Source: Camelus dromedarius (lineage: Eukaryota). From it: a stretch of DNA of 64,000 nt. The translations under genes and the position numbers were made by a program. Within the stretch, counting starts at the first letter, position 1. Each line of letters opens with the position of its first letter. Positions 1-13,494 of this stretch are shown one piece after another. The notes beneath the pieces were generated by a model. The model saw nothing but the letters and a program-made list of their open reading frames with translations, was not told where the DNA came from and ran no database searches. The DNA lies in assembly GCF_036321535.1 (NCBI RefSeq), contig NC_087437.1, positions 106,022,001-106,086,000 of the forward strand, read 5' to 3'.

Positions 1-479
1 TACATGGGACATTTATACAAAAATACAACCTTTGTTTCTTAGAAATCCTATAATTTTTTGTGTCCTTAGTTCCTTTACATCTTTCTGTTTTCCCACACAC
101 AGCATCTTTAATCATCTGCAGCATTGATTTTCATTGCAACCCATTCTCTTGGATTCCAGAAACAGAAGATATAGGGCTTAAATTAAAATCTCAGTCACCT
201 CATTTTTCACTGCAAGAAAGTAGAAAGTTTTTTTTTTTTTCTCTAAGTGAGAGTGATTCTTTTCTGTTTGGCTTCATAGGTGCTTAAGGTCTTTAGAGTT
301 GTTCTTATTCCCTAATTTTCTAATGGGCCACCTGGACTTCAGTTTCTCCCTCAGACCAATCCTTTATTTTGTTGCCAAAATCATCTAAAAATTTAAATTC
401 GATCATCTCTCTTTCTAGAGGAAGAACCTCTACAATAAATAAAGGCCAAATTACTTAGCGCAACCCTCTTCCCCAAGCC

Positions 480-700
480 CTCCCCCTAAAGCTCCCTCTT
501 CCTCTTGTTCTTGTGATTCAGTGTCTTCTTCTTCTCTTGTATTTACTCTCTAGCTCCTTCCCAGCTTCCCCTTCCTTCTAGACCTATGAATGTGGGCATT
601 CTCCACAATCATGTCCTCAACTCTCTACACTTTGCATTTTACATCCTTCCCACCGAGGTCTCAGCTCTTCCCAAGTCCTCACCAATAACTAACCATAAAC
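480..700 (+). mobile_element. L2 LINE fragment (continues patchily to about 1620)
   Basis: Degenerate pyrimidine-rich L2-like sequence (cctatgaatgtgggcattctcc...), interrupted by MER33. Confidence 0.45.
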
Positions 701-711
701 ATTAGCTAGAG

Positions 712-888
712 CAGTGTTGTCTGCTGAGAAATACAGTGCAAGCCACAGTTGCAAGTCACATACATAATGCTAAATTTTCTAGTAGCCACATTTAAAAAGA
801 AGCAGATGAAGTTAATTTTATCAACATATTTTATAGAACCCAGTATATTCAAAATATGATGATAATCATCTTTAAATAAGGTATTTTT

Positions 889-919
<31 letters not shown>

Positions 920-1050
920 GGTTTGCTTTTTGGACTATCTTCAAAATGACTGTGTACTTTCTATTTACAGTGCATCTCAGACTGAGCCATATTTCTTTAA
1001 AGTCCTCAGTGGCCACATGTAGCCAATGGCTACCATATTAGATAGTGCAG
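712..1050 (+). mobile_element. MER33/MER3-like hAT-Charlie non-autonomous DNA transposon
   Basis: CAGTG start; taaattttctagtagccacatt and ggccacatgtagccaatggctaccatatt motifs; internal T29 run at 891-919. Confidence 0.8.
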
Positions 1051-3521
1051 ATCTAATGCAATAAACACTTTATCAGTGTATGCCTTTCATGATCTGCTCA
1101 ACATCTCTTTATGAATGCATACAGGTTGACTAGTCCTGAACAAAATACATTTCTTCTCTACACTCTTTAGTGTCTCACAGACACACCAGCTCACCATCCT
1201 GACTTCTTTGCAGCTATCAATGGCTCCAACAATATATCCATACTCAAGTTGTATAACCACCCCAGTGTTGAGGAAGCACCAAATGCCTTGCAGATCATCC
1301 AGTCCTGCCTCCAGGGTTTTTCTCTACAAAAGAGGTTCTTAACCTTGGCTACCACATCCATGAACCTCCTGAAATTGTAGGTGAAAGGTGTGTACACGGG
1401 TCTTTCTGGGAACAATATCCTGAGCTTTAGACTCAAAAGAGTTTAAACACCCAGAAGTAGGCTCAGCTTGCCTCTTCTCTCTTCTGTAATGGCTACATCC
1501 AGTTTATTACCCAGTCCTGCCCAGTCAACCTTCCACAGCTCTCACTGCAAACCTGCTTCTCCCTTCCCACTGCCACGACTAAGATCATATCGCTATCTTT
1601 TGGATTGCTTCAGCTATTAGAGAAAGAGACCCTTCCAGGGAGCAGTGGGGTCAAAGTGTCGCTAGCAGAAGGGCAGCTGTAGCTTGATCACACATGAGCA
1701 CTCATGACAGGGTCGTATGGGTAGAAATGATTAGAAAACGAAATCAAAACCATGTCAGTGGGCAGACGAGTGTGACCACAGCTGTGGTCACACAATACCA
1801 GGTGGCATTAGAACCCTTTGAATAAGCTGTGTTTGAGACACCACTAGGGTTTCTAGCCTGTGGGTCTCAGTGCTCTAAGAAGAGGCTGGCTGTGGTCCCC
1901 TTGACTGTGCTTACACCCATGTCAACAGATTTGTTTTCATTTGCACCAGATGGTTCTTGGTATCTTCTGATTGGATTGAGGGAACAGTTTAAGGGTGTGT
2001 CCTCTAAATTTGAGTAGAGATCGTTTCCTTCCAGAGTCTAAAGATTCCTCCCTGCCTTTTTCCGGGGCTGGTAACAGTTTTCTGGAAGTTGGACTGTGGG
2101 CTAAAGCCTTGATAACTGCCTGTCCCCTCCTTGGGTGCCTCTCTCCAGTGCATCCTGCAGACCTTTGCCTGATTAAACATCCTCTTGTAAAGATACCATG
2201 TCATTCCCTTTCTTAAGTATTCTTATGGGTGCCCCTCAGCTAAGAAATAACCTTAAAACTCCCTAGTATTGAATTAAAGACATCTCTGGCATCTGCCCAC
2301 AAAACTACATTTGGATCCTATCTTCTGTATTTCTCTATCCCTAATGCTCCAGAAGGGAGACGGATATCAGAGCTTTTGATCCTGCCATTTGCTTCATATT
2401 TTCAGAAGGACAATTTCAAAGCTGCATACAACCAACAGCATTAGCTAAGGATCTCAGCACCTGAAACTGACTCGGCAGGCGCATCGCTACATGTTAATGA
2501 CGGTAATAGACTGGCCACGTAAGCTGTCACAACGTCTCACACCTTAGGAGTCCCGACTCACATTCATAAACTCACTCATGACCCCCTTGATCGGAGCCCC
2601 TATCCACTGCACACAGACCTGAGCAGGCAGGTGATAAGTCTCACTGCTAATGTCGGACACTGAAACTGAAAAACGCCCCCCAGGTTGCTACAAAGGCGAC
2701 CAAATTGCTTGAGACACTATTTTAGCCCGGATGCAAATTCTTCTGTTGACATCCTGCCATCTCCTCATTTCTACAGAGAGTTAAGTTACCTGGAAAATGC
2801 TGGTGTTTCACAAGGCGAAGGGATGACAGGACCCCCTACTACATGTCCCTCAAGTGAGAGCTGGTGACCATGAGCTCAGACCCTTCAGATGCTCACTGTA
2901 GAACCCAACCTCTGTTTTATACCCAGAACATCAGATTTCTTTCTCCCTCACACTGCGCACTAACCAGAGTCCAAGTTGCTGTCACATCGTGGATGTCTTC
3001 ATCTCTCCTTACTGAGATAACCAGAATAAATCTGAGAGAATACTGAGGATGTTAAGTTGCCTGTGTTATTCATCTAACCCTCCTGGGAACAAGAAGCTTG
3101 GTGCTGGAAAAAACAATGCTCAGTGTTCACACCTCCTTGCAGAGAAAATATACAAAGTAGCCAGAATGTAGCCCTTGTCAATAAACCACTTCCCAGCATC
3201 TCTGGCTCCGTGATGAGGATTCAGGGAGCTCATGAACATAAATGGGAAGTTGCTGATTTCTACACCAAATCTCTTGCGAATTGGTTCAAAAATATAATTC
3301 AGCAATTAGAGACAATTATCTTAAAACCAATTTAAAACAAACACGCTCATTTAAATCTGGGATAAATATGAGAGATGAAACAGAAATTCAGTATGAAAGG
3401 TCTCAATAATGTGAGGAAAATTCTTCTAGAACAGACATTAATATTATGTCTTGGAGGTTTTCTTAAAAATTCTGTAAAAAAAAAAAAAAACTAGAAGATG
3501 GAGAAAGAACGTGAGAGAAGG

Positions 3522-3660
3522 AGGCAGGGAGAGAGGGAAGGCAAGGAAGGGAGAGAGGGAAGGCAAGGAAGGGAGAGAGGGAAGGCAAGGAAGGGAGAGA
3601 GGGAAGGCAAGGAAGGGAGAGAGGGAAGGCAAGGCAGGGAGAGAGGGAAGGAAGGAAAGG
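3522..3660 (+). repeat. Polypurine minisatellite, 22-bp unit GGGAGAGAGGGAAGGCAAGGAA, about 6 copies
   Basis: Directly visible tandem array; explains ORFs 3444-3683 and 3498-3776. Confidence 0.95.
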
Positions 3661-4384
3661 AAAAAACTCACATCTCTAACCACATGTTAATGGCGGAGTG
3701 CTTTATTAATCACGTAGAAATTAGATCAATTGATCATCATGTGACATTTTTCCCATGTAATCAAAATACTAAATGACTTTGTTTGCATAGATCATGGCCA
3801 GTGAAAAGCTACCAAAATGATTCTTTCTGTAAATTTTTGTTAATAGATCTAGGGGAAATGCAATTTTCCGTTATTTGGAAAATTAAATAAAAGCTTTCTA
3901 ACTAAAGGATTCTAATTCCAAAATTCATCACACCTGCGATTCTTCCCAAATACAAAAGTTGGAATCTTTGGTTCCCTGGTCTTATTCCAGATGTGCTATC
4001 TGCTGCATCTGTGTGGTTCTCTGGATTCTGTACTGCAGAGGATGGCCTCAAGTGAGTTTTCAATCTGTTTGCTAATATAACATAAACACAATGCATTCCT
4101 TCCGTCTTACTTCTTAACAACAGAAAATGCATCTGATACATGCCTTGCCCCCAATAGGTACTCAGTACTCCTCATCACATGGAAAGTAACTATTGTCTGT
4201 GTTTTGAAATATTCCCCATGAACTGTAGATAAGGCAGAGTCTATGAAAACAAAATTAAAGCCAGTGAGAAGTACATAAAAAGACTAAACATTATTTTCTG
4301 TAAATCTTTGTACATTTTCAGGGGATCAATATTTGCAGAGATTTGGAGAAAAATCAAAATGAGACAAAATTTGCCAGTTTCTTT

Positions 4385-4520
4385 GGAGTGTCACAGATCT
4401 GGGTGTCTGGGAGCAGACCTGGAGATGGCATTTGGGTGCAAGATGTGTATTCGGGATCAAAGCCTGTGAAAGGAAGGGAGAAGCAGCAGCCCTGTGGAGA
4501 AAGAGAAGTCTCTCCGGGAT
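4385..4520 (-). mobile_element. Old ERVL-class LTR fragment (LTR33/LTR16-like end)
   Basis: gggagcagacctggagatggcatttgggtgcaagatgtgtatt resembles the antisense end of ERVL LTRs. Confidence 0.4.
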
Positions 4521-4621
4521 GCAGACTTCTCAAAGATGGTCCATATACTTTGCTTCCTCAACAAATAGTATATTGGAAATACTTTGGAGGCTTTTTTTTT
4601 TTTAAGTTTTGATAGATCCTT

Positions 4622-4986
4622 CATATGATATCGCTTATATGTGGAATCTTAAAAAAAAAAAGATATAAATTCTATTTACAAACCAGAAATAGACTCATAG
4701 ATATAAAAAACAAACTGTGGTTATCAAGGGAGAAGTGGCCAGGAAGGATAGATTAGGAGTTTGGGATTAAAAGATACACATCACAATACATAAAATAGAC
4801 AAACAACAAGAACCTACTGTATAGCACAGGGAACTATATTCAGTTTCTTGTAATGAGCTATTATGGAAAAGAAACTGAAAAAATATATATTTATGTATAT
4901 ATCTATATAACTGAATCGCTTTGCTGTACACCTGAAACTAACACTGTAAATCGACTACACTTCAATAAAAAAATAAGAATAAAAAA
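4622..4986 (+). mobile_element. 5'-truncated L1 3' end (Cetartiodactyla type) with perfect 18-bp TSD
   Basis: L1 3'UTR (ctactgtatagcacagggaactatattc...), A tail, TSD AAGTTTTGATAGATCCTT at 4604-4621 and 4987-5004. Confidence 0.95.
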
Positions 4987-7900
4987 AAGTTTTGATAGAT
5001 CCTTAAAATATTCTCTTATTCAGTTTTCAAAAGTAAAAGCTTTTGGTTACAAAAGAAAACCTTTACGCTGACAATGAACATGGTTGGTAAAGAAATATGC
5101 CAAACCATTAACATTGGTGATGGTTGCTTTTTCTGCTTCCATATACATTTCTTCATTTACCAAATTATCCAAAGCAAAAATGTATAACTCTTAAGAGAGT
5201 TATAAATAGATGATAAAATCCAACATGGAAAAGGATGGAATAAGCACATATATAGGGCAAGAGGGATGGTGTGAGGGAATTTGGATTTTAAAAAAAGCTA
5301 ACAATTTCCAGTGGTTTAGTTTGATTGATCAGAACCATGAATAATTTTGTTTTCTTTTTTACTTTTCCAACTTTCCTGGCATGAGAAGTTATTGCCTTTG
5401 GTAAGTGGATAGGGGAGTGGGGGAAATCCTCCAAACCCATTTAATTTTCAAAATAATATTTAAAATATACGATAAGGATCCTACATGAAATTAACCTCGG
5501 GTGGCTGAGACACTTAAACTTCTCCGAGCTGAGGGAATGGTTAGACCGTTGTCGGGATTTAAGTCTCCCTGTGATTCAAGCTATAGTGGGAGGCTGCTCC
5601 GTTCTCCAAGGGAGAGGATAAACACCACAATTTGGGGTGAGGGAGAGGGCTGCAGGTCACTGACTGGTTAGGTCATCTTTCAGGGATTCTCAGGGTTTTT
5701 CAAAATGAAGATAGCTCTCTGTACTGGAGCCCTTCTGAAAGAGTACAGCAACCCATCTTTCCTCCATGTGGAGGTGCTTTCCAAGCCTATCATATGAAAG
5801 TTACAGCAAGTGGCGTGTGATTCAGAGCCCTGTTAATGCCCCTTGCCCATGAGTCATTCAAGTATTCATCACGCCCACAGCCCCTCCACTCACACCTCAT
5901 CTTCCACCAGCACAAGGGGCTGTGAACGTGGGACCAGAGGCGTGCTGCATCCTCTCCTCATCCACTGAGATGAAGTCGCATAGAAACCACCCTCTCGACT
6001 CCGAGCCCAGGCTGCACGGCAGCGTTTGGCCTCCAGGACGCCGAGACAGTTCTCGACGGTCATAGAATTAGTCAACAGGAACTTGACTGTGTCAGGGAAG
6101 GTTTCCAGACCTGAGTTCATCTCTCTATTCCATTCAGCTAATGCGAGAAATAAACTCAGCCCATACAGATACGGCTGTAAAATCAAAAGGAAAATCATAA
6201 ATGATGTAGAAGATACAAGCCTGATGCCACTTCAAAAATGTCCCCAAATTTTAAACCATTCCAGTCAAAGCAAGTACTTGATTCTATTCTACTTCATTTA
6301 AATCAAGCAGTCCACCTAAAGAGCCATCTGGATCTGAATACATCCTGCATTATAATGCACAAGAGTCAGAGATTAAATGGATTCTTTTTAGTCTCTTAGA
6401 AACCTGCAATGAATTAATTACTTCTATATCTATTTCAGAAAATTATTGTATCTAAAACTCTCCACTGGAAGGACTTCCAATTTATGTTGTTACTTATATT
6501 TGAATTTTCTGATTTTTTATACACTGTCATCTTTAAATAGTCTTGGTTAAAATGTGTTTCATTAAAAAAAAAAACTTTCCTTTTATTTCTGAAGTTTTTA
6601 ATCATCATATAATTACATAAAAATATTCTAAAAAACATTTTAATCTAATACCTGATTTCATGGAATTAATTTTTCTATACAAATTGAGTCTTAATTTCAG
6701 GACAAATGATTGGTTTGTAACGTAGCTCTTAAAATAAAATTCAATTGGCTATAGTGATTGTGGGAGATGGAAATTATTTATGAAGGAAGCCATAAATAAT
6801 GGTCAAGGGCTAGAAACCTATAATCAGGGAATAAGCTTTCTGATAACTGAGAGGAAAAACTCATTAATTAAGGCGCTAGTAGGACTAAGGCATAAGGGGA
6901 AAGAACATTCTTTAATGAGATTTGGGGAGACTTGTTCTAGAAGAGAATTTGGGTCTTCTGGTGGGATTTTTAATGGTAGATGCCATACCAGGGAAAAGAG
7001 TTCACTGGAGAAAGGATAATGAAAACATTTCCACCTGGAGGACAGTTGTGGGTGGCAGACCATGGGAGTTGAGATTATTTCAGAATATTAAAGTTTTCTG
7101 GCAGAGGAGTGGTGGAGAACAGAGCCTGGCACAGGGTAAGTACCACAAAAGTGTTAGCTATTATTCACAGATCAGAACAGAGAAGGCATGTATGAGGCAA
7201 CACATGAGCATCACTCTAAGTGACACCACATACAGTATAGTCAACTATCCTAGCTGTATTTAGGGCCAGCCTTGAAGCGAAGGATTTTTAAAAAGTCATT
7301 TAGTTGGGTATGGTTCACTGCCCATATAAACACAGAGCAAATTTAATTTTTAACAAAATCTTTTTTCCTCTGGTTTAAATTGGTCACTGTGAATTGGGTA
7401 AAAGCCATTCAGAGCACAAACAAAAGAGCATATGGATTAACACAAATTCTCGTTTAAGGCAAAATTCAGTTGCAGTCACAGTTACTTCATCTAATCTCAG
7501 GTATGGCTGTATTCTAAGGATGAATGATTCCAAACCCCAGGGCCATAGACCCCTCGCCTGGAGCAGGAGCCTGTGTGGGGAGCTTGACTTTCACAACAAG
7601 AGCGAAAGACCCAGAGGGCTGAGGAGAGGAGACAGAGAGATGGAGGGAACACGCAGATGGGGCCAAGGATTCGCCTTTAAACTCTGATTAAATCCAATTC
7701 TACGTGATGTGGCCATAAAGACTGAAAACAATTTGCGATTAGAGTCAGGATGCATGAAGTTCACTTTCCAGCCGCACTTCTGTGTCTGATATTAATTATA
7801 TTTATGGCTCTCTCTCTTGACAAAAGAACCTGTTTGAAAATATATAAAAATCCAAGGCAGCTTTCTTGGTGTGAGAGTAGCTTTATGGCAAATGAATAGA

Positions 7901-8840
7901 AATGATCATTCCAGTGGAAGTTCTGCATACAGGTAAGTTTGAAATATCTATTGAGGACATATGGAATGTAAAACAAATGTTATTTTATATATGATAGTCC
8001 TCAAAATGTTGACAAATTTAAGAAAATTGGAATAACATTTGTTCTTTCTTAGGGCTGGATGATACATATATATTTTAATACCAGTTAAATAGACAAATTT
8101 TAAGAGGATCCTAAAGGAAGACGTTGAGCAATAACTTCCAGGGGTATTTGGAATTTTGACTAAAATATAAAAGAAACACTGAATCTGAGAAGAAATGACA
8201 CACTCTCCAAAGAGGAATTATCAAGCTCTGGAAAATTTAAGTTCTAAAGACAAGTTTCCATTTGTAATACGGTTTTTCATTATTTAATGTCTTATTATGT
8301 CAATAGTAAAAAACAATGTGGTGGTTAGTTTTATGTTTCAACTCTATCATCCTGACTTTAAGTCCAATTGTATATTAAGAACTGTAGTGAGCCAGTCTGT
8401 GAAGTTCTGGCCCAAACGTAGTGATGGTTTTGCTCATCAGATGCTATTACAGACATGAAATGACTGAACACCTACTGACTGACGTCCCAGGTAAAGCACC
8501 TTGAAAGCCTGTGTCTCCTGGAATGTTCTAATGCTTCTGGTGAAAGTCCGACATCTGGGACGCCTGGTGTGTTGTCCCAGGTGAGCGCGTCCTGGCTTCA
8601 GCGCTAACACTAGACACACTCAGAAGGAGGATTTAAGAGGCCTCCTTCATTTTTATCCATCATGTGTCTGAGGCAGGAAGAAAACAGAATAAAATCTTAA
8701 CTTTTTTAAATGTTTGTCTGCTTGAATTACTTCATTCAGCCCCAACAGTGGTGTGCAGGCAGGCAGAACACTCTATAATTTATCTTTTCCAGAAACAAAA
8801 CCAGGCCTTCACTTAACCTCGTGGTGACTTTGGGTGTTGC

Positions 8841-8880
8841 GTACACACACACACGCACACACACACACACACGCACACAT
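8841..8880. repeat. (CA)n microsatellite, imperfect
   Basis: Directly visible. Confidence 0.9.
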
Positions 8881-11109
8881 TCATTGCACAACCCTTTCTT
8901 TATTTCATTGTCTACGTGTGGACTCTCCAACTGGAGGACACTTTCAGGACCGGCAGGCAGTTACTGACTTCTGAGTCTTTGTTAGCAAAGACAATGGAAA
9001 CAAACCACCGTTTCCTGCCCCTGCCACCTCACCACATGGTGCTGGTGTGGTGCCCAACCATGAAATGCCAGATGGCCCAGAGACATCAATTGTTCAAGAA
9101 TAACCACACACACTTTGAAAAGCAGATGCTTTAACGATGTCTCTGCTGCTGTCAAGGATGACAAGTACCCTATAGCTGTGCTCGGACTTGCATCTTTGCA
9201 GCTAGTATAGATCACAAGCTTCTTTAGAAGCTCTCCCAAAGGTTTGTACAACCCTTAACTATGAAGTCCTCTACATAACATTGGAAGTTTACATCCAAAG
9301 CCTAGAACTAAATGCTTGTTTGGGCACTTAGGAAAGCAATATCGAATACCGACACCATGAGTCATCACCTTGCCTGTGTCACGTTGTGCTGGGTCACTGG
9401 AAATGTTCATGCTAGAACATCAAATCCTACAGATGTCTCTGGGCGATGCTAAACTCTCTGAAGCTCAGTGTGGAAAGGAGATCTATAAGAGGCACTTCTT
9501 GGGAAATAAAAGCAATAAAAGCAATTACAAACCCTATAACACTCCTTAGAAAATCTGCTTTCAAAAGAAGCTCATCCTGATACATCTTCAATTCTGTGTA
9601 GCCCAGATCTGGAATTTATTTCCATGAAGGCACTGACCAAAAGTGGAAATCTACCAACCTGTTAATTGATTTTTTATTGAATAAAATTTTAAGTAAGTAA
9701 AAGTAGTATAAGCTACACTTCTTAGCACAAAGCAGCCAAAACTAATTTTATGCCCTTAGGAAGTGACCAAGAAACCTTGGGCAAGAATCAATATTGAGTT
9801 TTCAAGACTCTTCCAAGAGAAGAAAGCCTGGATGAGACCCATCTAATCTTAGAATTGTGATTGCCAGACACTAATATTTCTGTCAACTAATCTGAGTTTT
9901 CATCAGTTGAGCTAAAGTAATTTGTCCAAAATATTTTTTCCAAACACTGCAGGTGAGGAATGTAGATGAATAAAAAAATGTGCTGAAATGCACTGCTGTA
10001 GAAGATTGGTCAGACTGAAATAACCAATAGAGGAGCTTTATCAATTTACGATTTATGTAGCAAATTGTACAGCAACGCAATGCGTCGTCATTATCACAGG
10101 ATGTTGAAGTACAAATGGATTTTTCCCTAAAGTTCCCACTTTCCCTTTCCCACCTGCTCACCCAATTCAGGCAAATAGTCTATTTGAGTTGTTTCCTGAG
10201 GATGTAGGTGTGACAGGGTGGGGTGGAAAACAGAAACTTCCTATAAGTCTTTGGTTTATATTTTCCAAAATCCTAAACCCATAAAAGAGTTATTTCAGGA
10301 GCAAAAATGACTCTGGGGGAAGCCATCAAGATTTATAGAGAGAGAGATTTTCCCTGAAGGTTGGAAAAACAATCTACTAAACTGGGGGAGAGCAAAAAAA
10401 AGACAAAGAGTGGTGGTTTAGAGAAAGGTAGTTACTCCGCTTTCCACACTGAAACATCAGTAAGGAGGCAAGACCCTGATGTGGTTTAGGAAACAGAGAA
10501 CAAATGTGGGTATTCACTCCTCTTAGATCATAAACCCACAGACGTGATAAAGCCACGGATAGAGCATTAAGGCAAATGAAGTCATAGTCATGTCCCAGGG
10601 AAACTCCCTTACCAGGGAATAGCATGGAAGCAACAGGAGGATGCCCCAGTTCTGAAGCCTGGCATGAAAGCAGCAGAGAGACGCACTGGACCTGAAACCC
10701 TGGGTAGACAAGATTGAGGGTTGTCTCGACAGTTTACTGTGGATCAGTGCACAAAGACCAAACAGAACTTTGGGTTGATCAGAAAATATGTGTGGACAGA
10801 TGACTCAAGGACAAGAGGGGTCCTACAAAGCCTTGAAATTATATATATCTCCCTGGAACTTAGACATGAGCCAAGGAAGAGGCAATTTTAGTGTTCGATG
10901 TCCTGGGGAACAGAAGATTTTAAGAATTTAGTAGATATGTAGAAGAATAAAGTTAAGCTTCTTACATATCTGGACAACTACTCAGGAAATACTCAGTTCC
11001 CCGTGGTGGCAACCACCCAGGACCTTCTCCACTCATATGAGAATTTGGAATCCTCTTCTTAAACACTCTCTTCCCTTGGATTTTGGGACATCTCTCAACC
11101 CCAAGTCTT

Positions 11110-11432
11110 CCCCATGTATCATTTCCATTGCCTGGATGTCTGTTATCCTGGCTAATTTCTTCTTATACTTCAAGTCTGCACTTAAACATCTCTTCATCGT
11201 AGACATTTTCCATGATTCTTCAGGATTAATTAAATTCCCCTTGCTTTAAACAATTTTACAGCCTCTCCCATAACACTCATCCCAGCTGTAATCACTCATT
11301 GAATATCTATCTGCCTTTGCTAACTTCAGGAGGATAGATGGTTGTGTTCACTGACTTAGCCCCAGGGCCCAACATAGTGTCTGGCACATCCTACGTGCTT
11401 GATAACTATTCCCTGAATTGAACTGAATTGAA
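11110..11432 (+). mobile_element. L2 3' end
   Basis: cttcaagtctgcacttaaacatc...agtgtctggcacat...tgaattgaactgaattgaa tail. Confidence 0.75.
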
Positions 11433-11549
11433 ATTTTCTTAAAATGCTTTTCCCATCACATTTTAGTAGATGTTTTTGTAACATGGGGAGCATTCAAAGA
11501 AGGGGGTCATTACACTGGTAAAATGTCTAGAAGAGCTAGTTAAAGTGGG

Positions 11550-11760
11550 CTATTTGAAGAACCTGGAAATATTTAACGTTTAGAAGAAAAAAAAGGCATT
11601 TACAGCTCATCTTATGGAAGAGAACCTAGAAGCGCTCCCTGTAACAAAATCACAATGTAGAGGGACAATTCCATTCAGTCTGAGGAAAGACTATCCAACA
11701 ATTGAAGCTAACAGAAAATGGCATGCGTCAAAGCAACAGCAGTTCTCTGCCCATCCTCTG
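11550..11760 (+). mobile_element. L3/CR1 LINE 3' fragment
   Basis: gaagaacctggaaatatttaac...aggaaagactatccaacaattgaagct...aatgg, CR1-like. Confidence 0.5.
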
Positions 11761-11779
11761 GTTTAAAAAGACATGATCT

Positions 11780-12075
11780 TTTATGTTTATTTAACTTTTT
11801 TTTTAATTGAATATAGTCACTTACAATGTGTCAGTTTCTGGTGTACAACATAATGTCCCAGTCATGCATATACACACATATATTCATTTTCATAAAAGGT
11901 TTTTACAAGATATTGAATATAGCTCCCTGTGCTATACAGAAGAAATTTGGTTTTTTATCTGTTTTTATATATGGTGGTTAACATTTGCAAATCTCAAACT
12001 CCCAAATTTATCCCTTCCCACTCCCTTTCCCCTGGTAACCATAAGAATGTTTACTACATCTGCAAGTCTGCTTCT
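11780..12075 (-). mobile_element. 5'-truncated L1 3' end
   Basis: Reverse-complement L1 3'UTR with T tail; TSD AGACATGA(T/C)CT at 11769-11779 and 12080-12090. Confidence 0.92.
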
Positions 12076-13494
12076 AAACAGACATGACCTCGAGAAGGGA
12101 TTTCTTCACTGGACAGATAGTGCGGGAGATGAATCTAAAGATCTTCCCATGCGCTCAGGTCTCCTTTACAAGTGAAGGAAAAGTAAGAACTTATCTATTA
12201 TCCTTCTTCCCCTTAAGCCATCGCAAGTTTAGAGGGGGGAAGTTGCATCAGGAAGAGAAACACTGGACATAAACTCTTCAGAAAAGAACTGTGTTTAACA
12301 CACACTGTTGTAATTTTTTTTTTCCTCTGGATATATTGGACTTGTTCTAGTGTTATTTTCATGTTCAATTTGTTTTTAGTTGATGTTTGTTTGGCTGGTT
12401 GGTTGATTGATTTGTTTTTCAGTAATTCTGGGTGTGTTATCCTTGCAAACAACTTATTGTACACTGCCCTTTCTTCAAAATTTTGTAGTCCAACTTTGTG
12501 GTTCAACCAGGAGCAATTGCTCAACAAACATGAAAATGATCATTGCTCATTGCTGGTTTTGAATCTAATTACTAAAAAATTCAACAAACAGTTTTATAGA
12601 TGCTCAAAATTTCCTGTCAGTACACAACCCTTGAGACATGGCAGATGGCAAGAAGTAGCTTGTCAAAGAACATCTAGAGAGGGGAAATTATTTTTGAAAA
12701 AAAAACTCATGAAGCCATAATATTAGTTTCATTGATATTAGGGCCTGGGGTTAAACACACTTTTTCCATTAGTAGCCATTCTATTTCACATTCTTCCTCT
12801 CTGGACGTTTCAACTCTCAATGCCAGGAAAAAACAGTAATGGTGAATATTGGGGCATTTGGAATCTAAAATAGTTATACAAGTAGTTTTTTAACAAGACA
12901 GAGAGTTTGTAAACTAAGGTTTTCTTTCATTTATTCTAATATCCCCAACATTATTTAGTCTTTCTCTACTACTCAGCAACACAGTACACATACAACAACT
13001 TTCTTACAAAGAGAATCAAAACTTTATTTTGAGAAAATAGTATTTTTGGTAAAATGCAAGTAAACCCATTTAAAAATGAAATCACTAAATGATAAATTTC
13101 ACTTTGACTTACACAGATATTAGAGCATGTCAAGTCATAGCATAACTGAGATTATTTTTATCCTTTTTGGTACTCATTCTCCAGGCTATGGAGAATTTTT
13201 ATTCAATTTTTCAACAGAGTACAGAAAGAGACTAGACAGGGGGAAGGACCTAGAGGAAGTACATGAAAAGATGCACACATGATTATACAAGGGCAGAGTG
13301 GGGAATACGGTAGAAGCCTGGGCAGGGAAAGTCATGCTTATCCTGCAGCCAGAGGTTTGGTATTAAGGCTAAAGCAACTAACCAGATAGTGAGAGTCTGG
13401 TGAGAGCCACTGAGCCTCTAAAACCCAAAGGTTGGCTGGATAGGTCATTGCTGAGCAAAGCCTTGAAGCCACTCTATCTTTAAAGGCATCAGAG

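Noticed and set aside
3444..3776. E/R/G-rich and P/S/L-rich ORFs
   Set aside because: They are translations of the 22-bp minisatellite
10300..10970. Possible ancient LTR (similar doubt for 35910-36245 and 37700-38260)
   Set aside because: LTR-like composition, but I cannot assign a family or boundaries by eye
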